64,000 bases of DNA from a virus: positions 2,081 through 66,080 of the IMG/VR virus record IMGVR_UViG_3300009826_000003. The stretch is one strand, 5' to 3'. The position numbers and the translations under genes were made by a program. Numbering within the stretch: position 1 is the stretch's first letter; each line of letters opens with the position of its first letter. The notes below the pieces were generated by a model. That model was not told where the DNA came from, made no database searches, and saw only the letters and a list, made by a program, of their open reading frames with translations. Positions 62,154 through 64,000 of this stretch are shown here, piece after piece.

Positions 62154-64000
62154 CCACTCCGAATTTGGGCGAAGTTGCCGGTAGAGTCCATATTACCTAT
62201 GACTCAACAGGCGCGGGAAGAGTAACCAATGAGTTACAGAACCTAAAGACGTATGCGCAAGGTGCGCAGGGCGGATTAGGTGGTCTCTCAGGAGCTTTCA
62301 CCAATTTAGGCGGAGTAGGCCGGAACGTATCAGGCGCGCTTAGCGGCCAATTGCAAGGTCTAGTAACATCTTTCGCGACGTTAGGACGAAGTGGCACACA
62401 AGGTTTGGGAGCGGTTACAGCGTCCTTCTCCATAATGAGCCGCGGAGTGACCCAAGGGTTAGGCCAAACCCTAAGAGCCATAAGCGGTTTCGGGCCAAAA
62501 TTCGCTGCTGAAGGAACCAAGCTAGGCTCAATGTTTTCGATGGCATTGGGCGGAGCAATTACCGCTGGTCTTGCAGTGGCGACCGCTGGAATTGTTGGTG
62601 TATTAGCTGGCGTTGGTTATACCATCAACGCAGGCATGAAAAGGCTTGTGGGACTTGATGAAGCGAAGCACAAGCTAAAAGCTCTTGGGCATGAAGGCGA
62701 AGCTGTTAAAGGCATTATGGATAATGTCAATAATGCAGCTTTAGGGACGGCATACTCACTAGATGAAATGGCAACAGCGGCAGGACAAGCATTAGCCGCT
62801 GGCGTTAAACCTGGCCAGGATTTAGAGAAATATCTAAAAGGTGTTGCAAGCGCTGCTGCAATTACCAATAAAGACTTTAACGAAATGCAGATGATTTTTG
62901 GTCGCATTCGTGGTCAGCAAAAGATGATGGGAATGGACCTCCGCCAGCTTGAATATGCTGGAATGGCACCAGTTTCCATGCTAGCCAAGCATCTTGGGAA
63001 GAGCGAAGCGCAAATTCGCGATATGGTGAAGGCCGGTCAGGTTTCCGCCAAACTTTGGGAAGAAACGGTTACTTCTCAAATAGGTAATGCCGCTGACATA
63101 ATGGGTAAATCCATTACTGGTAGCCTTCGAAATCTCCGTGCGGCGGTAGGACGTTTAGGTGAAAGCATTTTGGCACCTTTATTTTCATCAGAGGATGAGG
63201 ATAAAGCGGCTTTAGTTCCGCGATTAATCAATAACATTAGTACCGCTGTTGATGGTTTGGGCAAAACCATTAAGACGTGGATGACTGCAAACAAAGCAGA
63301 AATCAACGCCTTTATGCAAACAATGCAGGCAATGGGAGCGGTCGCATTAAAGGTAATTGGTGGGACATTTAAGGTTGTATTCGCTGTTGCCGGAACAGCT
63401 ATCAAAGCTTTTTGGGAAGTGGCAAAAGCGGTTGGGCAATCGCTTGCGCCAGTATTCCAAAAATGGGGAAAAGTCTTTGCGGATGTCTTCAAACAATTCG
63501 GTATAAGCGTTGATGCAATCACCTCCAAGATAAAGGAATTCGGACCTACAATTGCCGGAGTCTTGGCAAAGGGTGCTGCTGTTTCATTAAAGGCCATTTC
63601 GTTAATGATTAGGGGGATGACTAATCTTGTCGAAATGTGCGCAAATGTAGGGAAATCTGTTTTAAGCCTTGCTGAAATGTTCATTGGTGCATTTGAAGGA
63701 ATGGGCACAGTAAGCGGCTTTTTAGGTGGCGCATTAGAAAAGGTTCCCGGTCCCATTGGGGAAGCCGGGAAGAGGATGAAAGACTTTGGGGATGCCACCA
63801 AAAATGCCCGAAAGCATATTGATGGCGCGAAGAATGGATTGGATGCTGTAACAAAAGGCGCGCCAAAAATGCGCGAATTGGGGGATGACATTTGGGAAGC
63901 GGCCAAAAAGGTTGAGGAATTTGACTTTGCTGCTGCATTTGCCGCGACCTCTGCAAAGAAATTGGAAGAGGCGCAGCGCCAAGGCGGAGCAGCGGCAGAA
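62150..64000 (+). CDS. Tape measure protein, N-terminal part (runs off window; absent from ORF track)
   Basis: GTG start with GTGA overlap; MTTPNLGEVAGRVHITYD...AYSLDEMATAAGQALAAGV, typical TMP N-terminal domain. Confidence 0.9.
   Translation, partial: MTTPNLGEVAGRVHITYDSTGAGRVTNELQNLKTYAQGAQGGLGGLSGAFTNLGGVGRNVSGALSGQLQGLVTSFATLGRSGTQGLGAVTASFSIMSRGVTQGLGQTLRAISGFGPKFAAEGTKLGSMFSMALGGAITAGLAVATAGIVGVLAGVGYTINAGMKRLVGLDEAKHKLKALGHEGEAVKGIMDNVNNAALGTAYSLDEMATAAGQALAAGVKPGQDLEKYLKGVASAAAITNKDFNEMQMIFGRIRGQQKMMGMDLRQLEYAGMAPVSMLAKHLGKSEAQIRDMVKAGQVSAKLWEETVTSQIGNAADIMGKSITGSLRNLRAAVGRLGESILAPLFSSEDEDKAALVPRLINNISTAVDGLGKTIKTWMTANKAEINAFMQTMQAMGAVALKVIGGTFKVVFAVAGTAIKAFWEVAKAVGQSLAPVFQKWGKVFADVFKQFGISVDAITSKIKEFGPTIAGVLAKGAAVSLKAISLMIRGMTNLVEMCANVGKSVLSLAEMFIGAFEGMGTVSGFLGGALEKVPGPIGEAGKRMKDFGDATKNARKHIDGAKNGLDAVTKGAPKMRELGDDIWEAAKKVEEFDFAAAFAATSAKKLEEAQRQGGAAAE

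Noticed and set aside
62197-63982. Long minus-strand ORFs at the window end
   Set aside because: Antisense shadows of the plus-strand tape measure gene, which the track missed because it has no stop inside the window.

Overview
This window is a near-complete genome of a tailed (siphovirus-type) phage, probably infecting a mycolate-group actinobacterium. The host is inferred from the lysin A architecture (peptidase C39-like + GH19) and the tape-measure peptidoglycan-hydrolase motifs. The window starts inside the 3' part of the tape-measure gene and ends inside its 5' part, so a circularly permuted genome probably lacks only the middle of that gene. Order: tail genes (1-11.9 kb), lysis (11.9-14.9 kb), a leftward array of about 17 small genes (14.9-22 kb), a divergent control region, replication genes (SNF2 helicase, Cas4-like nuclease, AAA ATPase, SSB-like, split DnaE, RuvC-like, primase-helicase), an iteron-rich non-coding region (41.8-42.5 kb), then packaging, head and tail genes. 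No integrase, clear immunity repressor or lysin B was seen. Most unusual signals: (1) 12 copies of a co-varying ~55-nt hairpin element with an alternative fold and a shared RBS, punctuating the leftward gene array; (2) three non-canonical tRNA-like RNAs and a further structured ncRNA candidate; (3) five very basic head-region proteins sharing an N-terminal W[TS]DAAR...RRAK tag, one with an ADP-ribosyltransferase-like core; (4) a probable +1 (not -1) tail-chaperone frameshift at a UUU_CGN motif. All family assignments come from motif recognition by eye; no searches were run. Many start codons were moved from the ORF track to RBS-supported starts.
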